From positions 20,266 through 84,265 of the IMG/VR virus record IMGVR_UViG_3300032295_002982: a stretch of 64,000 nt of DNA; one strand, 5' to 3'. Positions 17,625 to 27,377 of the stretch are shown one piece after another. The position numbers were made by a program, and so were the translations under genes. The notes beneath the pieces were generated by a model that saw nothing but the letters and a program-made list of their open reading frames with translations, did not search any database and was not told the DNA's origin. Position 1 is the first letter of the stretch, and every line of letters begins with the position of its first letter. The DNA comes from a virus. Taxonomy: Duplodnaviria; Caudoviricetes.

Positions 17625-18891
17625 GTATGTTTGCGTCCTGTTCTAGTATGTGTTGCATGGTAAAAGCGTCGCCACGTATCTGTTCCAATTTTAACACACG
17701 TTGCTTGCCGCGAGCAATGGCTTCGGCGTAATCAGCCGGCCAAGATTCTTGAAAGGTGGGCCGTTGCAGCAATTGTGTGATGAGATCACGCATGCTGGAA
17801 GTTTGCACTTGGTTCAAAAGTTTTTCTAACACAGGATGCAAAATTGATCTTGGCAAAGCCAAGGGACTCATCACAATGTCAGGTGTGAAACTGAAAACAA
17901 CCTTGGTGAGCAAATCACAATCAAACTGTTGAGCCAGACGTTCAATGTTCACAATTTCAAACAGTCCAGGCAAGGTCAATGTAAAATCCAGGCGCATCTG
18001 CCGACGATGTGTCTGGATCTGCAGACCCTGTTCAAAGTTGTTCAAGAATTCTTGGTAGCGGAGTCCGGTTCGGATGTATTCTCCGGTGGCTCCTGTCCCA
18101 TCCAGGCTTGCACATATTTGCCAGTCCCGAATATTTGACAAAATATCACGATAAAGATTGACACTGCGATGCTGAATCCTAGAAAGATTAGTATTATACC
18201 TAGCATATAGTTTTCCCCCATCACCCAATTCAACTATGCGGCTCATGTAGCGCCAGTGTTGTTCGTACATCAAGGGTTCGCCGCCAACCCAGTACACTTC
18301 TTCTACGCGATGTTGCTCAACTGCTTCAGCAAACTCTTGTTCTACTTGTTTATCCTGAAACTGTTGTATTTGCGATTTAACTTCGGGTTTCATCCAGTGA
18401 TTTTTGGCATTGGTCCAGTCAATCATGTTGTGTTGGCGCTGTTCACTTTCCCAACTTGAACTCAGCATGTCGCCGCAGGTTCGGCATTTGAAGTTGCAGA
18501 GATTACTGAACCTATAGTCCCATGACACAGGCAGCAAACTTGTGGCACCGTCAGCATCAGTGTTAGCGTATATTTCATCTATCTTGTGACGAAACAGATG
18601 TAAAAAATAATCACGATACACAGAGGTATTCAACAGTTTGTCATTGCACACTTCGCACTCTGGCAATGTTTCCCCAGCCATCATGCGACGACGCACACTG
18701 CGCATGTGGTCACTGTTCCAATGCTGGTCAAGTGTGATAGGAATGTAGTTGCCAGTGCCTGTTGCAGTGTCAATGTACTGACGAAAGTTCTGCGCAGGTT
18801 CTCTGCTGGCACAACACATTCGTCGTTCGGTCTGAGGACTGAGATAAGTGTGTGTCCAGGGCGCGGGACAGAATGAACTAGGTGGCTGCAT
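17599..18891 (-). CDS. Radical SAM protein with N-terminal SPASM/twitch-like domain
   Basis: FCPAPW...MCC...CEVC, then CNFKCRTC (CxxxCxxC) and GGEPL. Confidence 0.9.
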   Translation of the reverse strand: MQPPSSFCPAPWTHTYLSPQTERRMCCASREPAQNFRQYIDTATGTGNYIPITLDQHWNSDHMRSVRRRMMAGETLPECEVCNDKLLNTSVYRDYFLHLFRHKIDEIYANTDADGATSLLPVSWDYRFSNLCNFKCRTCGDMLSSSWESEQRQHNMIDWTNAKNHWMKPEVKSQIQQFQDKQVEQEFAEAVEQHRVEEVYWVGGEPLMYEQHWRYMSRIVELGDGGKLYARYNTNLSRIQHRSVNLYRDILSNIRDWQICASLDGTGATGEYIRTGLRYQEFLNNFEQGLQIQTHRRQMRLDFTLTLPGLFEIVNIERLAQQFDCDLLTKVVFSFTPDIVMSPLALPRSILHPVLEKLLNQVQTSSMRDLITQLLQRPTFQESWPADYAEAIARGKQRVLKLEQIRGDAFTMQHILEQDANIHDWWQQIA

Positions 18892-19480
18892 TTATCAAAT
18901 CAAAGTAATAATTGGCTATACGTTCATGGATGTGAGATTCCACAATGTGATAGTATGGTCGCAACACTCGATTGGGGCAATAATCCCACACACAGATTTC
19001 ACTGCGCCAGGCATTGTACTTGTGAAAATAACCACCAGTGCCACCAAAACTTGCATGTTCAAATCCGCCCTGATCAAACACAAAACGTTGACCGCGATCA
19101 ACTAGCCGTTGTAGTGTTGCTTCAATTATGCATTGATTTTCAGATATTGCGATGTCAAGATCAAAAAATTCTTGAAAATAGGCACGCAACAAAATTAAAC
19201 TGTTGTCATCAAGTCCTGTGGAGTCATCAAGGCTGTGCCAACTCATTGGCACAATTCTTTTCTTTCTGCGGATCTGTGTGCGAGTGCTGGCCGTAAACAA
19301 CACTATCACAAAGTCTGCTTCTGTTGCTTTGTCAACCTGTTGAGATATAACCAGATTACTGGCGCATCGTTCAGCTAGGTTTATAACAGGCTTTCCTAGT
19401 TTTTGTTCTATAATCTCCACCCACATTGGACCAAAGTCAGGATCAGGCACTGCAAAACTGTCTCCACAAATGTATATCAT
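18878..19480 (-). CDS. SGNH/GDSL hydrolase-like protein
   Basis: IYICGDSF (block I), INLAERCASN, His near the C-terminus. Confidence 0.65.
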   Translation of the reverse strand: MIYICGDSFAVPDPDFGPMWVEIIEQKLGKPVINLAERCASNLVISQQVDKATEADFVIVLFTASTRTQIRRKKRIVPMSWHSLDDSTGLDDNSLILLRAYFQEFFDLDIAISENQCIIEATLQRLVDRGQRFVFDQGGFEHASFGGTGGYFHKYNAWRSEICVWDYCPNRVLRPYYHIVESHIHERIANYYFDLINAAT

Positions 19481-20142
19481 TGCAAATATTTCTCCATGGC
19501 TTCAAAAATTTGCTGTTTGGTATAACACCAAGGCTCAAGGTTGTAGTTTAGACTGTGTTGTGCAAAATTAATGATCGGGCTGGGACAAAATCGTTGCAGC
19601 AATTCTTGATTTTGAATTGGCTCGCTCACGATGTTTGCAATTTGTCCAGGTTGCGCCCAGTCTATTAATCTTGACAAATCATCAAGCAAACACCACTGCT
19701 GCCAAGCGCCTGCATTGACAAAATTTAAAAATTGTTGATGTTTGATATCAAACAGCAAATTTTTCTTTATAGCTGCGCCCACCAGACTTGACAGCCTAAA
19801 CACTGTGATATCGCAAATTTCACGCAATTCATGTTCAAGACGTAGACGATTACGTCCGTAAGGTGTGTTGGACATGACCACAGCATCTACACTGCTGAAT
19901 AAAATCACTCTGGCACATTTGCTGCGTTGTACAGCGGTGACAATTTGTGTGACGTCTTGATCATCTTGCGCACTGTTATTATTGATGGCTAAACGATTTC
20001 CTGACGGGGCTGCTATCACAATAGATTCAAAATGATTGGGCAACAATAAATCAAGATTGTCACGATTGAACACTGATTCAAAATCAATGCGTGGCAATAA
20101 ACTTTGACCCACAACGCCGTGGCTACCAATCAAGGCTTTCAT
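19477..20142 (-). CDS. Short NAD(P)-binding Rossmann protein (sugar epimerase/reductase-like)
   Basis: LIGSHGVVG, FSSVDAV, YGRNR. Confidence 0.65.
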   Translation of the reverse strand: MKALIGSHGVVGQSLLPRIDFESVFNRDNLDLLLPNHFESIVIAAPSGNRLAINNNSAQDDQDVTQIVTAVQRSKCARVILFSSVDAVVMSNTPYGRNRLRLEHELREICDITVFRLSSLVGAAIKKNLLFDIKHQQFLNFVNAGAWQQWCLLDDLSRLIDWAQPGQIANIVSEPIQNQELLQRFCPSPIINFAQHSLNYNLEPWCYTKQQIFEAMEKYLQ

Positions 20143-21095
20143 TGCGATTCTACAAAATTGGTTATGACATTCACGATGTTTCTTTCAAATCTTTTGGTAA
20201 CACGCACATCGTCCCAAAACACTGAATGATTGTGCTTAACAATGTCTTTCACAGTGGGTGTTTGTAGCACAGATCCAGAATGCATGAATTCCTCAAAGAG
20301 ACTAGATACTGTGTCCAACACTGCTTGTTGTCTACGACGTGTTTGAGCAATAGAATCGTAAGTTTCATCTAAGACCAAGCCAAATGTTTCAAAACCAAGA
20401 GACTTTAGATATCGCAGATTATGCATGGTGCCTTGGATCACAAATGGATGTTCTAAAGCCAAGGGTTTAAAACTTTTTTCGCTCACAAACAACGCCGAGC
20501 TACCATAGCCCATACCTAGGGCATCAACAGTGCTTTCACTTACCAAACTAAAACAAGTTTCGCTGTACCATCTTGGAACATATAATAAATCATTGGCAGT
20601 TCCGTGGTGATTTGGATGTTGTATAAAAACATCATCCTGGATGTGATGTCCTCGTTCAACATAGCTCCAAATTGATGTTGATAGGTACGGTGATGTTTGA
20701 TCTAATAACCAATCTCTATGGTCACGAGCTAGATTCATCAACAGCAAGAAAAACTTGTCAGGCACAGATTCTGATCTAGTCTGGTAATCTTGTTTGAATA
20801 CCCATTGACTGTTTATCCACATCCAATCAGCACCTTGCAATGTTAATTCTGTTCCGCTATTCTCACAGGGATCTAAAGGGCCACTGTCAAACAAATGATC
20901 ATTGATCAAGGGCAACTGATATTGCCGATAGTGTTCAATGTCAGTGTAATAGGCTATGATTGCAGTGCGACCGTCGTTGACCAGGTATTCTGGTGCAAAA
21001 TCTACCAGTTCAAAGTACCGTTCCCAATGAAACCTTTGATAAGGCAGTGTGGGACTACTACCTGGTGCACACACAAGACGTATCTTAGAAGGCAT
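20139..21095 (-). CDS. GT10-like protein, TEK family paralogue
   Basis: FSLVSEST...VSEKSFKPLALEHPFV...LGFETFGLVLDETYD. Start taken at MPSKIRL (21095). Confidence 0.6.
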   Translation of the reverse strand: MPSKIRLVCAPGSSPTLPYQRFHWERYFELVDFAPEYLVNDGRTAIIAYYTDIEHYRQYQLPLINDHLFDSGPLDPCENSGTELTLQGADWMWINSQWVFKQDYQTRSESVPDKFFLLLMNLARDHRDWLLDQTSPYLSTSIWSYVERGHHIQDDVFIQHPNHHGTANDLLYVPRWYSETCFSLVSESTVDALGMGYGSSALFVSEKSFKPLALEHPFVIQGTMHNLRYLKSLGFETFGLVLDETYDSIAQTRRRQQAVLDTVSSLFEEFMHSGSVLQTPTVKDIVKHNHSVFWDDVRVTKRFERNIVNVITNFVESQ

Positions 21096-22302
21096 TTTTA
21101 TTGTATGCCAACAGCGAAGCCATTTCAGGACTGCTTGATGCAAAATCTTGTTGACGTTTGCGATCAAGGTCTGCTATTTTCATTTGGGTCATGAAACCAT
21201 CAGTACTGGCTCCGCGCTGCATGAAATCTACCACGCTGTTTATATCGTTGCGATACTGATTGGGAATATTGGCCTGAGTCAAATAATCTGCCACTGCGGC
21301 CTTGACAGTGTCTGGCAGACAGGCCACACTAAAATACCATGCATCGTGCAGCACGTTCCAATACACAAAATCAAAACCCTGTTGGCTCAACCACTGTGCC
21401 ACAGTGTCAATATACCTAACGTTGAACACGTTCACAGTGGTGCAGGCCTGTAACTGAATATTGCTGTGTTGATCACGAAGCAGTTTAAATCGTGCCACGT
21501 TATCAACCACTTCTGACCATACTGCGTTGCTGCGTTGGTATTCAAATCTTGTGCCAACGTCATCAATGCTGAAGGCAATTTCCACGGTTTTGAAATGCTG
21601 CCATATTTCAATGGCTTCGTCAGGGTAGGTTGTGCCGTTGGTGTTGTAGTGTATTTCCACCTGATGTGCTATACCGCGTTTGACGATGCCGCGCAACATT
21701 TCAAAGTGTTCGCGAATCAAAAATGGTTCACCACCAGTGAATTCAATATAACGAATCTGATCAAGATGCTGATCAATTTCATTCCAAAATTGAGTGTTTT
21801 CTCTAGGCCAAGCACCGGCTCGTAACATCTGATAAGAATAACTTTGCCGTTGTTCTTCACGATTCATGAACTGAAGTTCTTCACTGGCAGACTGTGAACT
21901 TGACCAGGGTCCGCAGATTCTACATTTGAGATTGCAAATGTTTCCCAGTTTTAGATCCAAGAACAGCAATGGTTTGGCATCCAGTGTCCACTCTGTGTGT
22001 GGCACAACGTGTTTGAGTCGATCCAGGGTGTGCATGCGTTTGCTGGTACGGCCAGCACGTTCTTCGTTCCAGCACTTTCTGCAAGTTTGTGGTTGCTGTC
22101 CATCAATGAACTGCTGTCGCAGATTCCGCATGTAATCACTGTTTTGAATATCACCAAATTGTGACTGTTTTAGATCAAATTTTTTACCTTGGCCGTCTAC
22201 AATTTCATCGTCGGCCAGACAACAAGGGCGCACAGTGCCAATTGGCGAAGCTTCAAGGCTGACCCAGGGTAAAACGCAGAATTTATCGTGTGGTATTTTC
22301 AT
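21085..22302 (-). CDS. Radical SAM protein with N-terminal SPASM/twitch-like domain
   Basis: FCVLPW...PCC...CRKC; CNLKCRIC; GGEPF. Confidence 0.9.
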   Translation of the reverse strand: MKIPHDKFCVLPWVSLEASPIGTVRPCCLADDEIVDGQGKKFDLKQSQFGDIQNSDYMRNLRQQFIDGQQPQTCRKCWNEERAGRTSKRMHTLDRLKHVVPHTEWTLDAKPLLFLDLKLGNICNLKCRICGPWSSSQSASEELQFMNREEQRQSYSYQMLRAGAWPRENTQFWNEIDQHLDQIRYIEFTGGEPFLIREHFEMLRGIVKRGIAHQVEIHYNTNGTTYPDEAIEIWQHFKTVEIAFSIDDVGTRFEYQRSNAVWSEVVDNVARFKLLRDQHSNIQLQACTTVNVFNVRYIDTVAQWLSQQGFDFVYWNVLHDAWYFSVACLPDTVKAAVADYLTQANIPNQYRNDINSVVDFMQRGASTDGFMTQMKIADLDRKRQQDFASSSPEMASLLAYNKNAF

Positions 22303-23561
22303 TTCAATGCTGCCAATTCAGGCAAAATATCCAGTATGCTTTCATTTCTTATGTTGTCCAGCTCATGTGTTTTTTTCCAAAACTGTGGAATCAACCCGCT
22401 GTTGTCAGTGGCGTGCATGAACGTCATGGCTGATTTGAAACCTTGTGTGGCTCTGCCTAAAGGGTCGCCTGCCTGATCAAGCCATTGCAAATGACTGTGA
22501 TACACTGAGGCTAGCTGTGATTTATACTGCTCAGGGGCAATGTCTATGCGGTAGTGGGGCGGATCCTGTAGTATGTTGACATTGAGATCTTGCGCACGAA
22601 TCAGTCCTTGCTGTACCCAGACACGATGAAACTGCGGCAGGTGCAAAGCGTTCATGATGCTGAGTGTGGGGCTGATGTAAAAATCAACCTCAGGACAAAT
22701 GCGCAACATATCTCTGCGATTTTGTTCTACCTGGGTCCAGTTTGTGCCTTTGCGAATGTATTCGGCACGTGGTCCCATGGCATCTAGACTGGCGCCCACA
22801 GCCACTGATTGAAATTTTTTCCAATAATCAAACACACTGCGACCTTTTAGATCTATGTGTGTGAAGTTGGTGTTGTAGATCAATCGCACATCAAAGCGTC
22901 CGCGACGCTCTAACTCGTCTAGGATACGATAATGTTCTTCCATTAACAGGGGTTCGCCACCAGCAAAATAAATTTGCTCCACATAATCAAGATGTGGTTC
23001 CAGCTGCGACCACATGTCTGTTGCTGTGCGGCCAGCATAGTTTAACACAGTGTTCTTTTCTTTCCAGTCACCGCCGGCCAGCCGGGCCTGATCTTGATAC
23101 CATTGCGAGCTAAAGATATGCCCGCAACTACGACAACGTAGGTTACATAGGTTTGAAAAACGAATGTCCCAGTAGATCATTTCAAACGGATTTGCTTCCA
23201 GCTTCTTGACATGATGTCCGTGATGTTTGTTGGCACTGCGACGACCACTGAAGAAGCCTGCTGCTTCCTGTTCGTAGCAACGACGGCAGGCGTCGCTTTT
23301 GACTTCATTCAACATGTTGTGTCTTAACTGCTGCATGGGTTCATCACGCCAGATTTCTTCCAGTGTCTGACTGCGACAGTTGCCCACACTGTTGGCCATC
23401 TCTGAATGACAGCAGGGATAGGCTTCGCCAGTGGGATAGGCATGCAAGTGGATCCAAGGATAGATGCAAAATGTCTTGGATTCTTTCAACAAGAATTCTT
23501 CACGAGCAGTGAGATCAACTGGCCGTACTAGATCTGCGCTGTTGTAGTTATAGTTGGCCAT
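22299..23561 (-). CDS. Radical SAM protein with N-terminal SPASM/twitch-like domain
   Basis: FCIYPW...PCC...CRRC; CNLRCRSC; GGEPL. Start taken at MANYNY (23561). Confidence 0.9.
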   Translation of the reverse strand: MANYNYNSADLVRPVDLTAREEFLLKESKTFCIYPWIHLHAYPTGEAYPCCHSEMANSVGNCRSQTLEEIWRDEPMQQLRHNMLNEVKSDACRRCYEQEAAGFFSGRRSANKHHGHHVKKLEANPFEMIYWDIRFSNLCNLRCRSCGHIFSSQWYQDQARLAGGDWKEKNTVLNYAGRTATDMWSQLEPHLDYVEQIYFAGGEPLLMEEHYRILDELERRGRFDVRLIYNTNFTHIDLKGRSVFDYWKKFQSVAVGASLDAMGPRAEYIRKGTNWTQVEQNRRDMLRICPEVDFYISPTLSIMNALHLPQFHRVWVQQGLIRAQDLNVNILQDPPHYRIDIAPEQYKSQLASVYHSHLQWLDQAGDPLGRATQGFKSAMTFMHATDNSGLIPQFWKKTHELDNIRNESILDILPELAALK

Positions 23562-24879
23562 ACCATTCTGCAAGGTTGGGGAAAGTGGCTGCAAAGTTCT
23601 TGCCGCGACGTTGATCATATTGCTGATAAAACTTGCGAAAATCCCCACGCAGTGTGGGCAAATCAAAAGCATCACTGTGCGGTGTTTTGACCACGTCAAG
23701 ATAGTCTATGAGTCTCTGCACATGATTGCGTTCGTGTTCCTGCAACATGGCATGGTTGTGCCAGGTATCTAACCACTGTTGCAGTCGGTCACGATGCTGC
23801 ATCCTGATGTGATCTGGTAACACCAAGGGCGATTGAAAACTAGGGAACCGTAATATGTTGAGTGTGAAGTTGGGAAAGTCCGCACCCCACTGAGACTTCA
23901 GTGTCAAGAGATAGGTCAAAAACTCAGGTAGACTTTCCAAACACAGTGCATTGATAGTGTTCATGACATGCAATCCACGCAAGCGACCACTGCGTATCAA
24001 CAACATCATGTTGCTTTCCCACTGTTGCCAATCTAGACCATCACGAATGTATTCAGCCTGTGCAGTCATGCTTTCGTTGCTGGTATATAGATCAAGTTCA
24101 ATGCCATCACAGGCATCAAGTAAACGTTGTATCTTGTCAGACTCCATGCTCAAGTTTGAGTTAATGGCCAAGCGTGTGCGACTGCGGCCAGGGTTGTCAC
24201 GGAACCAATCAATCAATTGCCAGGTATAGCCTGACATCAGGGGTTCACCTCCGGTGATGCGTAGCTCGTCTAGAGTTTGGTGGAGGTCAGATTCCCACCA
24301 CTGAAAAAACGCTTCCACATACGGATTGCTCTCACCGTATTTGTAACGCTGACTACTGTCGTGAGTGTGAGTAAAATGATTGCGACCATCTGATTCCAGG
24401 CCCACATAGGCTCCGTGAACACGAATATCTCGAACCCAAGTGCTACTAAAAGCAGGATTACAATAAGAGCAAGCCAGTTGGCAAGTGCGATCAAAGGATA
24501 TCTCAAGTGTTTTAAGATTGAAGTCTTGGTCGGAATCAGATGTGGAGGCATGTAGTAGGTCCTTGATAGGGTAAATTTTTGATTTGTACACACGGTCGCT
24601 GATGGCGTCGCGACCCATGTCTTCGATTCGCCAGCAGTATTCGCAACCGGCAGGTCGTTGACCCTGTTGCATCATGTGTCTGTCGCGTTTTTTTTCCGCG
24701 GTGTTGTGCAGTAGCCTAGGGTTGGCACGGACTTTATCAGTGTCCACCAAATGGGCCGGAGGATGATGGCATGATGTAGTCATGCCGGAACCCAACCAAA
24801 TGGTAGCATTGTACCATTTGGCTGCACAAAAACTTGGACTTATTGAGTCCAACTTGGTTTTGAATTCTTGATCAGTCAT
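23548..24879 (-). CDS. Radical SAM protein with N-terminal Cys-rich domain (second subtype)
   Basis: FCAAKW...SCHHP...CEYC; CQLACSYC; GGEPL. Start taken at MTDQEF (24879). Confidence 0.9.
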   Translation of the reverse strand: MTDQEFKTKLDSISPSFCAAKWYNATIWLGSGMTTSCHHPPAHLVDTDKVRANPRLLHNTAEKKRDRHMMQQGQRPAGCEYCWRIEDMGRDAISDRVYKSKIYPIKDLLHASTSDSDQDFNLKTLEISFDRTCQLACSYCNPAFSSTWVRDIRVHGAYVGLESDGRNHFTHTHDSSQRYKYGESNPYVEAFFQWWESDLHQTLDELRITGGEPLMSGYTWQLIDWFRDNPGRSRTRLAINSNLSMESDKIQRLLDACDGIELDLYTSNESMTAQAEYIRDGLDWQQWESNMMLLIRSGRLRGLHVMNTINALCLESLPEFLTYLLTLKSQWGADFPNFTLNILRFPSFQSPLVLPDHIRMQHRDRLQQWLDTWHNHAMLQEHERNHVQRLIDYLDVVKTPHSDAFDLPTLRGDFRKFYQQYDQRRGKNFAATFPNLAEWYGQL

Positions 24880-25975
24880 TGAGCCATTCAGCCAACTGTG
24901 CAGGCATTGCTGCACGTTGAGCCTGATTGTATTCCTTTAGATGCTGGTAATTGTACTTACATACATCTAGTGAAGCCTGCAAGAAATCCAGAGCACCCGT
25001 ACGCACAATGTCAGCTATCACTGCAATGGTACGATTGATTCTATCTGTGGGATCGTCTATGAGATCAAAACTTTCATCTATGAGATGATCAAAAGTTCTA
25101 AATCCTGCACTGTGTAGATCACGATAATACCCACGATTGCTGGCCACAACAAATGGATGCAGCATGATCATGGGCTTCCAAATTTTTTCTGTTCTAAAAC
25201 TGCAGGGGTAATCGTATATGGTTTCTGTCACCACTGAGAAACAGGTATCAACATAGGCCTCGGGGTTTATGATGGCATCTCCCCAGGTGTTGTTGAACAA
25301 AAAATGTTTGGCGAAACTGTAGCCCTGAACCTTGTCAAGATTGGGCACCGCTCGTTCAATTTCATATTGGGCTGGTAACAATCTAACTTCTTCAGTGGGC
25401 GCAGTTTTTAACACACTGGTCCAGGCAAGATCCACATTGCTTTGCAGATTGGTCCACAGTGCGCGATCCAACAGCCCAAGATCACGCATGCTGTCAATCA
25501 TGTATTTGCGATGTGGCCTAAGTCTGCCGTTGAGAAACAAGAAGTCATAAGGTTTAGCGGCTGTGCGTACTCTGTCACTGTGACTGTGTGCTGCTTGATT
25601 TTCCAAGAAATCAACAATGTTGGTGAAGTAACAGTCAACGCTGAGTTTGCGATACCCTGGTTCAAGATCACCTGATGTAATCAAACGTATAGCGCCCGAT
25701 GCCACTAGTTCAGTGATGCGTAGTCGGCGAAGTTGCAACAATGCAGTCTGTGAACCTTCTGCGGGATTACAAAAAATAATCCTGCCTGGGTATTGTTGTG
25801 CGTAGTCACAGATCAAGTTATGGTTTTCTTTCAACTGCACACGACCAATGATGTAGAAACTGTTTGGATCAAAATCTATATCGCGAAACTGCCAGAACGT
25901 TTGATCAGCATAGGGCTTCAAAAGATCAAACACTTCGTCCCACTCATCTACAACTATTCTATGTTTTTCTAGCAT
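24872..25975 (-). CDS. GT10-like protein, TEK family paralogue
   Basis: FSVVTET...RTEKIWKPMIMLHPFV...AGFRTFDHLIDESFD. Confidence 0.6.
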   Translation of the reverse strand: MLEKHRIVVDEWDEVFDLLKPYADQTFWQFRDIDFDPNSFYIIGRVQLKENHNLICDYAQQYPGRIIFCNPAEGSQTALLQLRRLRITELVASGAIRLITSGDLEPGYRKLSVDCYFTNIVDFLENQAAHSHSDRVRTAAKPYDFLFLNGRLRPHRKYMIDSMRDLGLLDRALWTNLQSNVDLAWTSVLKTAPTEEVRLLPAQYEIERAVPNLDKVQGYSFAKHFLFNNTWGDAIINPEAYVDTCFSVVTETIYDYPCSFRTEKIWKPMIMLHPFVVASNRGYYRDLHSAGFRTFDHLIDESFDLIDDPTDRINRTIAVIADIVRTGALDFLQASLDVCKYNYQHLKEYNQAQRAAMPAQLAEWLND

Positions 25976-27377
25976 AATATTCGCACTCTTTCCACCACGC
26001 TTGCATTTCAGGAAACGTGGCTAAAAAATCTGTTCCTCGACGCCGATCATGTTCGGCAAAGAAACGATAAAAATCTGCTTTGTTTTGTTGCAGGTATTCT
26101 GCAGGTAATTTTTGCCCGTCACGCATCCAGGCAATGTCGCGATCTAGTCGAGTGAGTTCGTAGTCTTTGAATCCTCGGAAAGGTTCTTCCGCAGTTTCAA
26201 GTTGCCGCAACATCCAGGCCCAAAGATGTTCCAATTTATCAACATAACTTTCTGGCAACAGTTGTAGGCTTTGCCACGTGGGCTGTCGCAATACTGGAGT
26301 ATCAAACCACACACGTTGATATGTTTCACTGTAGGTTTTTCGCAGTCCCAGTATGCCAGCAAACAGACTGTCAAGGCTGGTCACACTGAGGTTGTTCATT
26401 GTGACAATAAAGGTAATGCTGCTGCATTCAGGAACCTCGGTCAAGAACTGATTGACTCGCTCCCACAGTAGATCAAAATCTAGACCGTGCCTGATGTATT
26501 CGGCTTTTGGCCCCCAGGCATCAAGACTAACATACTGCATGAAATGTTCAATATGTCCTGGCTTACAAAGTTGTTTGACCTTGCTGATATATCTATCCCA
26601 CAGTCCCTGCTCCACACTGAAGTTGCTGGTGACATTGAGATGCAGTTCAGGATTGGGATTTTCCAAAACATAGTCAAACACACGATAGGTATTGCGATCC
26701 ATGAGTGGTTCGCCACCAGTCATACGAAAATGTTTTAATTTTGGATACAAAGTTGGCCACCATGCCCAGAATGCTTCTACATATGGGTTATATTCGCGAA
26801 CAGGTATAGGCTTGCGAGGACCGTTAAAATGACTCGGGTCATTATGAGGTTCATTAGTAGGGTAGGCGCCCCATCGACGGGCTTCGTCCTCCCACGACGA
26901 ACTAAACTGTGGACTACAGTAACTACACTTAAGATTACAAGCATGATTAAAATTAACTTCCACATAGGAAGGAATAACATCTTCGTCTCCAGTTGAATTT
27001 ACTATGTTATCAAAATGTTCAGCTGCCCAGGGTTCTCCAGATCTAAAATGCCTATCGCTGAGTTTGTTGTTGTCCTCCATGGCCCAGCAATAACTGCACT
27101 CCGCAGGACGTTGTTGCTGTAACATCAACTGGCGCTGTTGTTTTTTGTGTTGAGTATTGTGTAGAGCGCTGGGATTGCGTTGAATATCCTCAACGTTGAT
27201 TCTGTGCAAAGGCGGATGATAACAACTGTTGTTCATGCCAGTGGCAAGATGCAGACTCACCTGCTGCCATTTGGCCAAGCACAGCGCCGGTCCAAGATTG
27301 TTTTGCATGTTTTCTGCTGAGTACAAAAACTTGCTTTTTACTCCCACAGTCTCATCGCCAGGATTTTGCATTACCAT
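25959..27377 (-). CDS. Radical SAM protein with N-terminal Cys-rich domain (second subtype)
   Basis: LCLAKW...SCYHP...CSYC; CNLKCSYC; GGEPL. Confidence 0.9.
   Translation of the reverse strand: MVMQNPGDETVGVKSKFLYSAENMQNNLGPALCLAKWQQVSLHLATGMNNSCYHPPLHRINVEDIQRNPSALHNTQHKKQQRQLMLQQQRPAECSYCWAMEDNNKLSDRHFRSGEPWAAEHFDNIVNSTGDEDVIPSYVEVNFNHACNLKCSYCSPQFSSSWEDEARRWGAYPTNEPHNDPSHFNGPRKPIPVREYNPYVEAFWAWWPTLYPKLKHFRMTGGEPLMDRNTYRVFDYVLENPNPELHLNVTSNFSVEQGLWDRYISKVKQLCKPGHIEHFMQYVSLDAWGPKAEYIRHGLDFDLLWERVNQFLTEVPECSSITFIVTMNNLSVTSLDSLFAGILGLRKTYSETYQRVWFDTPVLRQPTWQSLQLLPESYVDKLEHLWAWMLRQLETAEEPFRGFKDYELTRLDRDIAWMRDGQKLPAEYLQQNKADFYRFFAEHDRRRGTDFLATFPEMQAWWKECEYYARKT

Noticed and set aside
19050-19075. 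GTTCAAATCC T-loop-like sequence suggesting a tRNA
   Set aside because: No acceptor stem, D arm or anticodon arm could be folded, and it lies inside a coding gene.
13174-19480. Saxitoxin-like toxin cluster (amidinotransferase, carbamoyltransferase, PFIY peptide, SGNH)
   Set aside because: The family parallels exist, but no SxtA-like PKS/AONS or other scaffold genes are present; shared tailoring families do not imply the toxin.
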